DNA of 64,000 nucleotides from a virus (Duplodnaviria; Caudoviricetes): the IMG/VR virus record IMGVR_UViG_3300033076_001048, positions 9,766-73,765 of that record; one strand, written 5' to 3'. The notes under the pieces are model-generated. The model saw only the letters and a list, made by a program, of their open reading frames with translations. It searched no databases and had not been told where the DNA came from. Position numbers and translations under genes: made by a program. Positions 19,176-29,076 of this stretch are shown here, one piece after another (the stretch's first letter is position 1; each line of letters opens with the position of its first letter).

Positions 19176-21323
19176 ATGGATTCTACTTATGAAATTGTAA
19201 AAGAACTTATTGACTTTAATTCTGAGGGAGTTGATACGTATAACCACAATGGAAGTACGTGGTTAATTTTTACTGACCAAAAAAAATGGGTCATAGAATT
19301 AACAAAAGAAAAAACTCTTTGGTATAACTATTATTTTTTTACAGGTGTTTTTAAATACCTATCGTTGGATGTTGTTGAAAATCAACATTACATTACTAAA
19401 TGGGTTGAAGATACAATAATCAATCCCGTGAAACACACCTCTCATTTTCATTGGAATAATGATAGTTCTGTTGAAGACACAATTGAAAATGGGGTGAAAG
19501 ACATCCAAGAAGGGATTGGAATTCAAGACCTTACAGTTGAAGACACCTTTGAATATTATGGGAGAAAGTGGAATAAAGTTAATGATACCATTCAAAATGG
19601 GGTGAAAGACATTCGACAGGGTATTCCACTTCTCGGATTTCAAGTTGAAGACACCATTCAAAATGGGGTTAAACAAACGAAACGTAGTTATGAGGGTTCA
19701 AGAAAACAGAGAACAGAAGACACCATAGAAAATGGGGTTAGACACACCATAGACACCTCATATCATAGAAACAATTTGGTTGAAGACACCATACAAAATG
19801 GGGTGAAACACACCCGGTCAATCCAATATCAATGCCTTCGAGCAGTTGAAGACACCATACAAAATGGGGTGAAACACACCGAAAAATCTCTACAAATTGA
19901 TGGTTCTTGTGTAATTGAAGACACCATACAAAATGGAGTAAAAAAAACCAAAAAGGGTGTTTTAGTACAAGAACTTAGTTTTGAAGGTGTTATTGAAAAT
20001 GGGGTGAAAGAAACCAAATCATACGTCAATAATGATTTTGATATGAACGACGCCATAGAAAATGGTGTTAAACACACACAAGGTAGTATTTTTGATAACC
20101 CAACGGCAGTTAAAGAGACCATTCAAAATGGGGTGAAACATACTGATTGTTTTGGGGAATATGAAGATTATGAGATTGATACCATTATTCAAGATGGAAT
20201 AAAAAACACCGGAGAAATATTATGGAGACATACACAAACGATTGAAGACACCATAGAAAATGGAATAAAAGAAACTCACCGTTTTGGTTTAGGGAATGAA
20301 GATGAAATAGAAGACACCATTCAAAATGGGGTGAAACACACACAAGGTAGTATTTTTGATAACCCAACGACAGTTAAAGACACCATACAAAATGGTGTAA
20401 AAGAAACTTCATTTTGGTCAGGTGTTCAACCTCTTGTTGAAGATGTAATACAAAATAGAGTTAAAAAAACTTATTCTGATAAGATTCCTCATGAATATGA
20501 TTGGACTAACCAATTTACAGAAGAGATTGATATTATCATTGAAAATGGTGTTAAAGAAACCAAACTTGGAGCACCTGATAATAGAGATTATTTTATTGAA
20601 GATGCAATTCAAAATGGTGTGAAAGAAACAACACCTGGTGGATATTTGGGGTTTGTTGAAAAGAAGGGTAAGAAAATCCATCAATTTGAAACCGCAAAAC
20701 AACTTTATTATGTTGAAGATGTTATTGAAAGTGGTATTAAAAAAACTGAGGCGGCAGCTTTGTTTGACGAAGAATCAAAAATGGATACTGTCATCAGTGA
20801 GGGTATTAAAGAAACACATGATGATGTTATGCCACATACAGGTAGGGTTGAAGGTGTAATTAAAAATGGTGTAAAGGAAACCGTAGACGCTTTATCATCA
20901 AGATTACCAAACCCTGTTGGAGATGTAATTAAAAATGGTGTTAAACAATGTATACCATCACATACTCCCCTATACAACCCAATGGATTTTTCTGTTGAAT
21001 ATCTTGAAAACCATAGATTAGATGATGTTACAAGTGTTTTAGAAAAAGGTATTAAAGAAGTTCAACCGTTACCAGCACAGGATGGTAATAGGGATTGGGG
21101 TATTTACTATCACAGACAAGAAGTCCCAACCAAACCTCATACTCAATATGTTGATGATGTAATTACTAATGGAATAAAAGAAACAAAACCGATGGATGAG
21201 TGGGTTAATACTGAGAGAATCTTGGATGGTGTTATTGATAAAGGTATTAAGGAAACCAAATCATCAGGAAGTAATTTTCCGAAATGGGCGGATGATGTTA
21301 TTAATAATGGAATTAAATCTTAA
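19176..21323 (+). CDS. repeat protein: ~76-aa N-terminal domain plus 27 VEDTIQNGVK(H/E)T units with variable inserts
   Basis: Single open frame; probable ATG 19176 after TATCTTTA box. Confidence 0.85.
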   Translation: MDSTYEIVKELIDFNSEGVDTYNHNGSTWLIFTDQKKWVIELTKEKTLWYNYYFFTGVFKYLSLDVVENQHYITKWVEDTIINPVKHTSHFHWNNDSSVEDTIENGVKDIQEGIGIQDLTVEDTFEYYGRKWNKVNDTIQNGVKDIRQGIPLLGFQVEDTIQNGVKQTKRSYEGSRKQRTEDTIENGVRHTIDTSYHRNNLVEDTIQNGVKHTRSIQYQCLRAVEDTIQNGVKHTEKSLQIDGSCVIEDTIQNGVKKTKKGVLVQELSFEGVIENGVKETKSYVNNDFDMNDAIENGVKHTQGSIFDNPTAVKETIQNGVKHTDCFGEYEDYEIDTIIQDGIKNTGEILWRHTQTIEDTIENGIKETHRFGLGNEDEIEDTIQNGVKHTQGSIFDNPTTVKDTIQNGVKETSFWSGVQPLVEDVIQNRVKKTYSDKIPHEYDWTNQFTEEIDIIIENGVKETKLGAPDNRDYFIEDAIQNGVKETTPGGYLGFVEKKGKKIHQFETAKQLYYVEDVIESGIKKTEAAALFDEESKMDTVISEGIKETHDDVMPHTGRVEGVIKNGVKETVDALSSRLPNPVGDVIKNGVKQCIPSHTPLYNPMDFSVEYLENHRLDDVTSVLEKGIKEVQPLPAQDGNRDWGIYYHRQEVPTKPHTQYVDDVITNGIKETKPMDEWVNTERILDGVIDKGIKETKSSGSNFPKWADDVINNGIKS
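19404..21320 (+). repeat. CRISPR-like coding array, consensus GTTGAAGACACCATACAAAATGGGGTGAAACACACC, 27-33-nt spacers in the 5' half
   Basis: Repeats start at 19404, 19470, 19536 (truncated), 19578, 19644, 19713, 19779, 19845, 19914, 19980, 20043, 20109, 20175, 20241, 20307, 20373, 20436, then degenerate; 19779 and 19845 copies identical. Confidence 0.9.
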
Positions 21324-21652
21324 TAAGAAGATTTGAGTGTTCCAAGAACATAAAAATTTATTTCATATTCAGAACCATATTCATCAAAGTCAATTGAAAA
21401 GTATTTTTCAACAAATGAACGTATTTGTTTATGCAAATCATTATCACCGATTTGTGAATTGTTGGTATTTCCTTCTAATACATTGTGATAATCGGTAATA
21501 ATATCAATAACCTTTCTTTTTATCACTTTCTTGGTATTGGCTAACATTACCCCTTTCTCTTTAAATGATATTGCGATTACTTGAGGAAAATTATCTTTGA
21601 TTGCTTCTCCGATTAATTGTAGTTCTTGTGATTCAGTGATTAATATTTTCAT
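21320..21652 (-). CDS. leader-motif hypothetical protein
   Basis: MKILITESQ start. Confidence 0.7.
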   Translation of the reverse strand: MKILITESQELQLIGEAIKDNFPQVIAISFKEKGVMLANTKKVIKRKVIDIITDYHNVLEGNTNNSQIGDNDLHKQIRSFVEKYFSIDFDEYGSEYEINFYVLGTLKSSY

Positions 21653-21665
21653 ACTATATTTGTAA

Positions 21666-22274
21666 TTACCACTTTAATAAAAAATCTTTTATGATTATCC
21701 CATAACGGTCTTTAAAGTATTCAGATACTAATGATTCAGATTTTTCTCTACTTCCAATAGAAAAGTATTTTGTTAACTCGTCTACAATATCCTCAGTTAA
21801 AAACATTCTTCCCCAAGAATTTTTTTGTGCAATTATATTTTTATCTAATTCTAAATCATTCTTTCTGTATATACGAATATAACCGTCATCATTAGTAATA
21901 TTTAAACCACCATAGGACATCTCAATGATATCATCCATGATTTCAAACATCTTTTCCTCATTGTCATCCTCAGACTCATTTAACGAATCTTGATTTTGTT
22001 CTTTCCAAAATTGTCTAATTTTATCACCAACCAATTTCTTAAATATTTCCTCATACTCAGCAACATCAGACCAATCAATATCGTAAATTACCTCAGGTAA
22101 TAATATTTCAATTACATAATCAACATAATCATCTTCAGGATATTCTTCGGCTTCTTCACCAATGTCGGTATTGTTTAACATTTCATACAAGACATCAGAT
22201 ATTTCTGATAACCTTCTTCTAACTGAATTAGGTATGATTTGTTCAAACTGAGATTCTGATATGATAATCTTCAT
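21666..22274 (-). CDS. acidic leader-motif protein
   Basis: MKIIISESQ start; internal SLNESE. Confidence 0.75.
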   Translation of the reverse strand: MKIIISESQFEQIIPNSVRRRLSEISDVLYEMLNNTDIGEEAEEYPEDDYVDYVIEILLPEVIYDIDWSDVAEYEEIFKKLVGDKIRQFWKEQNQDSLNESEDDNEEKMFEIMDDIIEMSYGGLNITNDDGYIRIYRKNDLELDKNIIAQKNSWGRMFLTEDIVDELTKYFSIGSREKSESLVSEYFKDRYGIIIKDFLLKW

Positions 22275-23092
22275 TACAAATAAATATTACCTCCAACATT
22301 AACCATTTGTCTTATTTCTTCTTCAGAATATTTTTTGGATATTGGAGTTAAAAATATATCCAAATTACCACCAACTGATTGAAGATTTCCAATAGATTCA
22401 ATTGGAGTATCTTCTAAAAATAAATCACCACCAACTGATTGAAGATTTCCAAGAGATTTAATTGGGGTGTTTATTAAATTCAAATTACCACCAACGTAAG
22501 TTAAGTTTCCAAGAGATTCGATTGGTGTGTTACGTAAACGCAAATTACCACCAACATGAGTTAGGTTTCCAAGGGATTTAATTGATGTTTTTCGTAAATC
22601 CAAATCATCACCAAGTGAGTATAATGGATTTCCTTCAGATTCTAAAAATTTTAGAAAAAGGTCCCAATTATTATTAAAATATTTTAATGACGGAATATGA
22701 AGAACTTCATCTTCTTCACTTTCCATTATTTTTTTATATTGAGATTCGGTAATAATAATTTTTCTTACTGACTCAGTTCTTAATTTTTCACTACAATTTT
22801 TTTTATAATAATTAGAAAGATAATCACCAAATAAATCAACCATGTGATAATAAAAACTATCTCTATCTTTGGCGGACGCATTTAAATCTTCAAGATAATT
22901 GTATGTCATTATATCACAGGCTTCAGCAATAAAAGCACCAACGTTCTTAAATTCACATGGTAGCATTGCATATTCAACAATGTTATCCATTTCTTGTTTC
23001 ATATCATCCATAGACATTCTTCTACGAAGATATGTGGAGATGGTTTCCAATAAAACTGTTTGATGTTGTGATTCAGTAATAATGATTTTCAT
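22274..23092 (-). CDS. leader-motif protein with C-terminal LRR-like repeats
   Basis: Two IIITESQ motifs; repeated TPIESLGNLxxVGGxLxL. Confidence 0.8.
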   Translation of the reverse strand: MKIIITESQHQTVLLETISTYLRRRMSMDDMKQEMDNIVEYAMLPCEFKNVGAFIAEACDIMTYNYLEDLNASAKDRDSFYYHMVDLFGDYLSNYYKKNCSEKLRTESVRKIIITESQYKKIMESEEDEVLHIPSLKYFNNNWDLFLKFLESEGNPLYSLGDDLDLRKTSIKSLGNLTHVGGNLRLRNTPIESLGNLTYVGGNLNLINTPIKSLGNLQSVGGDLFLEDTPIESIGNLQSVGGNLDIFLTPISKKYSEEEIRQMVNVGGNIYL

Positions 23093-23132
23093 TCATTAAT
23101 AAATACACAGATATCTATTAACTGTTTCAAAT

Positions 23133-23396
23133 TTAAAATTTCTTCAGGTCATTAAATGCATCATTATTTACAAACTCCATTTGCAAATAATTCATAATGT
23201 CCGTCATGAGTTCACCTTCATTTTCAGATGCTCTAATTGCCATGGCAAGTCCACCTGCCAATATTTTAGCATAGTCATCAAAATCAAGTTTTGAATCTGA
23301 ATCTGATTTTAAAGCAAAATGTGCTTTACCATCTTCTTTAATCTCAAACACAACCAATACTTGAGATTTTTTTGCATACACTCCTAAGTTTGCCAT
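23133..23396 (-). CDS. hypothetical protein
   Basis: ORF track. Confidence 0.6.
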   Translation of the reverse strand: MANLGVYAKKSQVLVVFEIKEDGKAHFALKSDSDSKLDFDDYAKILAGGLAMAIRASENEGELMTDIMNYLQMEFVNNDAFNDLKKF

Positions 23397-23635
23397 TATC
23401 TATAAATGAATGTGTCAATCTCAACTCTCATGCTATCACCATATCTAATGGTGTGAGAATAAACCTCAGTTGTATTTCCATCACGGTGAAATATATTCCC
23501 ATGACGTTCATGTTTGATAACCATTTTTTTAACTTTAGTTTCATTTACTTGTTTGATTCCATACGCCGAACCAAAACCAACCATAAATGATATTGCCATC
23601 ATAAGACCCAATAACGCTGTATTAATTTTTGTCAT
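23396..23635 (-). CDS. small membrane protein
   Basis: N-terminal TM helix after a TAnnTTTG box. Confidence 0.6.
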   Translation of the reverse strand: MTKINTALLGLMMAISFMVGFGSAYGIKQVNETKVKKMVIKHERHGNIFHRDGNTTEVYSHTIRYGDSMRVEIDTFIYR

Positions 23636-23700
23636 ACGGCAAATATACAAAAACAATATGAAATAAAAAACCCCCTATTTGAAGTAGGGGGTTAAATGTA

Positions 23701-24372
23701 TTATTTTTTTAAGTAACTATCATGTGGTGGAATTGGTGTTCCCACAGGATATGGTGCTCCTTCTTTAGCAGCCGTTACTGATGTCATACCTGATTCCACA
23801 GGAAGTGCAATACGTAATGGAATTGCTGCCTCATTCATTGGTCCATAACATTTTGCAAGTACTATTCCATTATCCAATGTATCAATGATGGTACCTGGCA
23901 TTGCAAACATATTACTTTCACTTGTATTTGGTTGTTCGGTATCAACAAGGAACATTCTATTGTTAGGTGTCATATATTCCCAACCTTTGGTTGAAGGATT
24001 AAATTGTGGAACTTTGGTTGTTGTATCATAATACCAAAATAATGACCATACGGTTTTATTGGTTCCGTCAGGTGTTTGGAAATTCTTCTCAACATTAAAC
24101 TCACCCCATGTACCACTAACACCAAACATAGCCAAGTTGGAAATTGATGGTCCGTTTAACACGGGACAAATTGCACAACCTTCGTTATACTCAACACCCT
24201 GCACAATAATTTTACGTCCTGTTGGAACCGCTCCTGATGCACCACAGAATGCAAAAGACCCCTGGTGAATCTGTAATACTTTTTCAAGTTTTGTTTCTTT
24301 TACTTGTTCGGTTTTTTCACCACATCCAAATAACATGGTAACCGCAATCATACTTAATAATAAATTTTTCAT
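23701..24372 (-). CDS. lipoprotein of unknown function
   Basis: MKNLLLSMIAVTMLFGC lipobox. Confidence 0.7.
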   Translation of the reverse strand: MKNLLLSMIAVTMLFGCGEKTEQVKETKLEKVLQIHQGSFAFCGASGAVPTGRKIIVQGVEYNEGCAICPVLNGPSISNLAMFGVSGTWGEFNVEKNFQTPDGTNKTVWSLFWYYDTTTKVPQFNPSTKGWEYMTPNNRMFLVDTEQPNTSESNMFAMPGTIIDTLDNGIVLAKCYGPMNEAAIPLRIALPVESGMTSVTAAKEGAPYPVGTPIPPHDSYLKK

Positions 24373-24504
24373 CTTGTTTTTATTTTTAATTTTAAATACC
24401 ACAAAATCTTTGTAAATAAAAAGGGGGACCGTTTTTTTTTGGGGGACATTTAATCACACATTATAAAGGGGACTAATATAACGGACGAAGTCCGTCGGAC
24501 GAAA

Positions 24505-24568
24505 AATTTCCGGCATCAGAAAGAAAAGGGGGTAGGGGGAATTTTCGGTATCCGGCATCAGAAAGAAG
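24505..24568 (-). repeat. degenerate minus-strand copy (plus partial second copy) of the 44-nt dispersed repeat
   Basis: AAAAGGGGGTAGGGGGAATTTTCGGTATCCGGCATCAGAAAG resembles the reverse complement of 31417-31460. Confidence 0.65.
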
Positions 24569-24719
24569 AATTCCCCACACCAACATTTACTCCTTGTCTT
24601 TTCTTGTGGCAATGAACCAACTTCCACCAAAGATTAAAACAAGTGCGACCGTAACAATTAAAAAATTCATATAAACAACATTTAATGGTTTATGGTATAA
24701 TACACCTTAACCATAAATA

Positions 24720-24929
24720 TCACAGAAGGGGACGATGAGATATCAAAGAAAACTCCTCACCCCTCATCACATAAGAACAATCAATTTTATTTTGTGACAG
24801 AATATGAACAATATACATATCCTTCAATTTATTTTCAAACTGAATAACCGTTCCCGGAATAAAACCCAATTCCAATAAACGAAGTGATAGTAGACCATCA
24901 CCCAAAATTCCTGTTACAATATAATTCAT
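24720..24929 (-). CDS. feoA: FeoA-like SH3 protein
   Basis: RLLELGFIPGTVI and MRGEE motifs. Confidence 0.65.
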   Translation of the reverse strand: MNYIVTGILGDGLLSLRLLELGFIPGTVIQFENKLKDMYIVHILSQNKIDCSYVMRGEEFSLISHRPLL

Positions 24930-25082
24930 TTACTGAGCAACCTCCTTTTCCATTACAAAATTATAAGAACCACCACGAGTGGCAGTAGACACCAATCTCC
25001 ACCCTTGTTTTGCCAAGTTAGATACCTCAACCATTCCTTTAGCAAAATCTTTGTTTCTTACGTATGTATATTCGTATTTCAT
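24930..25082 (-). CDS. 50-aa DUF4177-like protein (not in ORF track)
   Basis: MKYEY..LAKQGWRLVS..FVMEKE after TATCTTTG. Confidence 0.55.
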   Translation of the reverse strand: MKYEYTYVRNKDFAKGMVEVSNLAKQGWRLVSTATRGGSYNFVMEKEVAQ

Positions 25083-25146
25083 TTTACAAAGATACAAAAA
25101 ATAAATGAAATAAAAAACCCCCTCTAATTAAGAAGGGGGTGAAGAA

Positions 25147-25260
25147 TTAGTTTTTGGATTCTTTAGCTTGTTTAAGAACCTCATTGTTTTGTTTGATTCT
25201 TAAAGCAAATTTCTTACCCATCTTTCTACTCTTAGAGTAGTTTGCAAATGAACTTTTCAT
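25147..25260 (-). CDS. 37-aa basic peptide
   Basis: MKSSFANYSKSRKMGKKFALRIKQNNEVLKQAKESKN with its own TATTTAT box and downstream hairpin. Confidence 0.5.
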   Translation of the reverse strand: MKSSFANYSKSRKMGKKFALRIKQNNEVLKQAKESKN

Positions 25261-25283
25261 AATGGATAAATATAACCATATTA

Positions 25284-25493
25284 TTATTCATTTTCCAAAT
25301 ATTTCCAATGTGTGGGTTTTGGCCATTTTGGCATACCTTCCACCAATTTTACACTCCAAGTTCCACTTTCCAATAACCAACCCTCGCTAACCCAATCATC
25401 ACATACTGCGGCGCGAGTCCCCAACAATCCATAAGATAATTTCACCTTAGTTTTTGGTGGGGGCAATTCCTGTTCAATATCTTTCCAATCCAT
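25284..25493 (-). CDS. small phage protein, DUF551-like
   Basis: W..IEQELPP..PTHWKYL. Confidence 0.55.
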   Translation of the reverse strand: MDWKDIEQELPPPKTKVKLSYGLLGTRAAVCDDWVSEGWLLESGTWSVKLVEGMPKWPKPTHWKYLENE

Positions 25494-25494
25494 A

Positions 25495-25923
25495 TTATCT
25501 ATAATCAATTCGTTTATTAGAAATTGTAATATCACCAGAGTGTAACAACTTCATGGTTCTACGACCTGAACCCAGTTGTTCACCAATTCTACACTCGTTA
25601 TAAAAATACTCATCCACAGGAACCTCAAAATCAAAACTGATTCGGTCCCAAGACAATTCCATCTTATGTTCCTGAAAATGAAGGGTCACAATATAGACGG
25701 GGGTTTTACCTTTACGGTAGATTTCTTTTTTGGCAGTATAGTTATAAATCTCTTGTGTAAGTGAATCACAAAGTTTGGTGTGTTGTTTAATACTATCTTC
25801 AAGTTTGTTAGATTTGTCTTGCAATTCAGAAACACGTTTTTCCCAACCCTGTTCCACTTTAGCAGGGGATGGTGGAGTACAAGAAGCAATTAATAGAGCG
25901 GAGATTAAGATATAGTATTTCAT
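25495..25923 (-). CDS. coiled-coil lipoprotein
   Basis: LLIASC lipobox. Confidence 0.65.
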   Translation of the reverse strand: MKYYILISALLIASCTPPSPAKVEQGWEKRVSELQDKSNKLEDSIKQHTKLCDSLTQEIYNYTAKKEIYRKGKTPVYIVTLHFQEHKMELSWDRISFDFEVPVDEYFYNECRIGEQLGSGRRTMKLLHSGDITISNKRIDYR

Positions 25924-26077
25924 TGTTCTTTATTGTTACCTTCTTCACAATCACATTGTGTGTCAAACGTGGGGGTAAGAAGACATAAAAGAGTCCACCA
26001 GGGGTTTTGTGTCATCCAAACGCACATTCCAACGATTGCATAAAATGACAATACAATTACAGTTTGAGATATGTTTT

Positions 26078-26266
26078 TCATTGTTCGTTATTGTTACCTT
26101 CTTTTTTATCTTCAAAATGTGGAATTGATTTATTTTCATTAATTAACTCAAGCGTCTTTAATTGCTTTTCATAAGCATTAATCTCAGCAATGAGAATCAT
26201 TCTTTCTTGTTTTAAATTATCAAGATGTAGTTTAACATCATAAATCGCTCTTTCAATTTTATTCAT
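26078..26266 (-). CDS. small coiled-coil protein
   Basis: ORF track. Confidence 0.55.
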   Translation of the reverse strand: MNKIERAIYDVKLHLDNLKQERMILIAEINAYEKQLKTLELINENKSIPHFEDKKEGNNNEQ

Positions 26267-26287
26267 TGTTTAATTATTATATTTTTA

Positions 26288-26473
26288 TTACAATTCAGCG
26301 TCCCCCAAATCATCAAACGCATCTTCAGCATCTTCTTTGGCTGAAGACAATAATTTTTTAGTTGCATCGGCTTCATCACCTGTAACAACATTAACAACAT
26401 CCTTTACTATGGCAACGGGAGTTAAGGCAGTCTTAACCGTTGCGCTGATTATATTTGAAAAAAATCCCATACC
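26288..26473 (-). CDS. small hypothetical protein
   Basis: MGFFSNIISATVK start. Confidence 0.55.
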   Translation of the reverse strand, partial: GMGFFSNIISATVKTALTPVAIVKDVVNVVTGDEADATKKLLSSAKEDAEDAFDDLGDAEL

Positions 26474-26501
26474 ACAAATATAACAAACATTTATAATAAC
26501 A

Positions 26502-26768
26502 TCAAACATTATTCTCCTTTTCCCAGAACAATGTTAACTTGGTTCTAAACATATAGATAAAACATGTGGTGATTTCCTGATGGGTTAAATTTGATTTGTA
26601 AGCATAAGTGTGACCATAAGTCATGTTAAACCAAGTAGATAAACCATCACAGGTTTTGTGAATGAAATACTCTTTCATTCCATTTCTATAATACGAAATG
26701 GGTAATGTTTCATTAAGATGTTTCTCAATATCATTATACCTTCTTCTAATCAGTTGGGGAACCTTCAT
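26502..26768 (-). CDS. hypothetical protein
   Basis: ORF track. Confidence 0.5.
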   Translation of the reverse strand: MKVPQLIRRRYNDIEKHLNETLPISYYRNGMKEYFIHKTCDGLSTWFNMTYGHTYAYKSNLTHQEITTCFIYMFRTKLTLFWEKENNV

Positions 26769-26939
26769 ATATTAATCATGATTATTGTCCCTATAATTAA
26801 TGGTCTGATAAATAACTCCCCCTACCATTGAAAGTCCAAAAATAAAATAACCGATACTCCAAAGAATTTCCATATTACAAATATACTAAATTTTTCACAT
26901 ATTGTCATCTAAAATAAAAACCTCTCACATTGAAGGGGT

Positions 26940-27134
26940 TTATGTATTTGACAAGACAATCTCATCCCCTTCATCATAATCGTCATACTCCTGTTCCGTT
27001 ATCTTCACAATAACATACCCCTTGTCCAAAAGGGTATTAATAATACTCATCTCATTTTGACTACCCACCTCAACCTTACAAACCCCTATGGTTTCCCCAC
27101 CCTCATTCAGGAATTTAAAATAGTTCGTACTCAT
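26940..27134 (-). CDS. small acidic protein
   Basis: Preceded by TATATTTG box. Confidence 0.6.
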   Translation of the reverse strand: MSTNYFKFLNEGGETIGVCKVEVGSQNEMSIINTLLDKGYVIVKITEQEYDDYDEGDEIVLSNT

Positions 27135-27767
27135 TCCACAAATATACGAATTTCCTGAAAATTTTCCAAAAATTTTTTTTTACATATAGGGGGTCTCTTT
27201 TAAGAAGGGGGTCGTGTTTTACCGTTCAGTAATAATTTCCCCAAACCCCCATTATATACAACCATATATTCCCGTTCAGGAATATATCCCACTACAGGAC
27301 TAAGGATAAGGGGTGGGGGAACCCAAACCGACCTTTCTAAAATTTTTTCCCAAAATTTTTTTTACGGGATTGTCCCCCCTTTTTTTATCCACAACCCCTA
27401 TATAAGGGGGGATACGGGAGGGGGGACCCCCACCCACAGGGGGTAATAGGGGGGGTTTATGGACCATTTTAAGGGGTCCCTCCCCATTTAAGAGGTTTTT
27501 TAAAATACCCCTCCTCTAATGGGTTATAAAGGGGGGTGTCATAGTGTCATGTTAATAACTTTATTTTTTTATTAACTTTTTTTTACAGGTAGGGAAGGGG
27601 ATTTGGTAATGTCAAAAAAAAGTCGTATCTTTGTATTGTAATAATGATTCAGTTCAGTTACGGGCGGGAAACAGTTTGTTTCGTGGGGGGTTCTAAGGGA
27701 ACCTGCTTTATAAAAAAAATATAAAGATTTATTTGGTCCCTTCGGGAATTTTTTGTATCTTTGTATT

Positions 27768-28184
27768 ATGATTCGTAGTAGTAGAACATATATAGGTGAC
27801 CTTAAGCCCCGACACTTAAAGAAGGTGTGCGACATGACCCTTGCATGGTGTGTGAAAACTATGGGGTATAAGAAGTACAAAGGAACCCCCACCCTTAGAG
27901 TAAGTCTTGCTAAGGTGGAGTCTGAGGACTGTTATGGTTACTACTGCCCCTTCCTTAATGAGATTGTTCTATATAAGGAGACCTTGAAGGATTATACCGT
28001 CCGTAAACTCATCATGGTTATCATCCATGAATATACCCACTCCCTTCAGAAGGTGAGACAGTCATATGGTAAGATGTATGACAAGTTTGGTTATTGGAAA
28101 CACCCTATGGAAATTGAAGCTCGTAAGTCAGAATCCACGTGGAACATATGTTACAAGGACATTAAAGGTGACCTCCTAAAGTAG
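27768..28184 (+). CDS. HExxH metallopeptidase-like protein
   Basis: VIIHEYTH and HPMEIEAR; TATCTTTG box. Confidence 0.7.
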   Translation: MIRSSRTYIGDLKPRHLKKVCDMTLAWCVKTMGYKKYKGTPTLRVSLAKVESEDCYGYYCPFLNEIVLYKETLKDYTVRKLIMVIIHEYTHSLQKVRQSYGKMYDKFGYWKHPMEIEARKSESTWNICYKDIKGDLLK

Positions 28185-29008
28185 GGGGAACATAATAGTG
28201 GGGTTATCACACCCATTATTTATCCACCTGACATCATGTCATATGTGGATAACAGTATAGTGAGGGGGAAATATGTTGAAAACTTTTCATTAAAATATTT
28301 GGAAATGTCAAAATGTCAGTCGCTCTTTCGCCACTACACAATCCCTTTGAAGGGTTATGGTTCCCCCACTTTTCCCCACCTTTACTTAATACTGTAGTAA
28401 CAATTCCCCTTCCTGATATCGCCATAAAGGATATGGGTAAAAAATCCCCTCTGATGATAGCAATAATAAAGGTTTTTTTACTATAGGTAATTTCCAGCAA
28501 ATAGTAGGTGCACTAAACACTAGGCGGGTGAGACGTAGTCCTTTGACCTTTTGTTAATCCCCTTCAACGTATAAGTTGTTATATATGACACAAATACACC
28601 ATTAATTGTCCCTTATATGACCCATTATACTATGACACTTCAACGGTCATTATATATTGTGGGAACATGTGGGACATTATATATAGAACCAACTAAACCT
28701 ATGGGTTTATTTATGATGAACATATAAGTCCCTGTTAGAACACCCCTTCACAATGGTCCACAAAACTATATGTATTTACATATGAAATAACATAACCTAC
28801 GGTTAATACGAGCATATACATATAAACATATCTCACATGGACCATAGTATCTAACCATTATATGTCATCTCACATGGTGGGGACATTATTAGGTGGGGGA
28901 CTTATAATGGGGTATTATTAGGTTGTAGACTTATAGCCATACAGATTACCGTAATGTAGTTTACAGTAGTTAGTTTATAGTAAACATGGTACTGTAAACA
29001 GACAAGGG

Positions 29009-29076
29009 AAATAATTTAGTTGTGAACCGAATGTGTGAGTGTAACGAACACCCTGAGGTGAACAAATGAATTATTT
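29009..29076 (+). repeat. 68-bp direct repeat, copy 1, with terminal inverted repeats
   Basis: Identical to 31018-31085. Confidence 0.9.

Noticed and set aside
19359-20977. Minus-strand ORFs over the array
   Set aside because: Shadow frames produced by the in-frame repeat.
19404-21320. Canonical active CRISPR-Cas array
   Set aside because: Repeats vary at codon third positions, the array is one ORF, and no cas gene is nearby; reported as CRISPR-like only.
19176-21323. Diversity-generating retroelement target
   Set aside because: No RT or TR/VR pair seen, and inserts are not adenine-specific variants of a template.
27572-28500. Minus ORFs 27572-27892 and 28234-28500
   Set aside because: Low-complexity or antisense frames without coding features.
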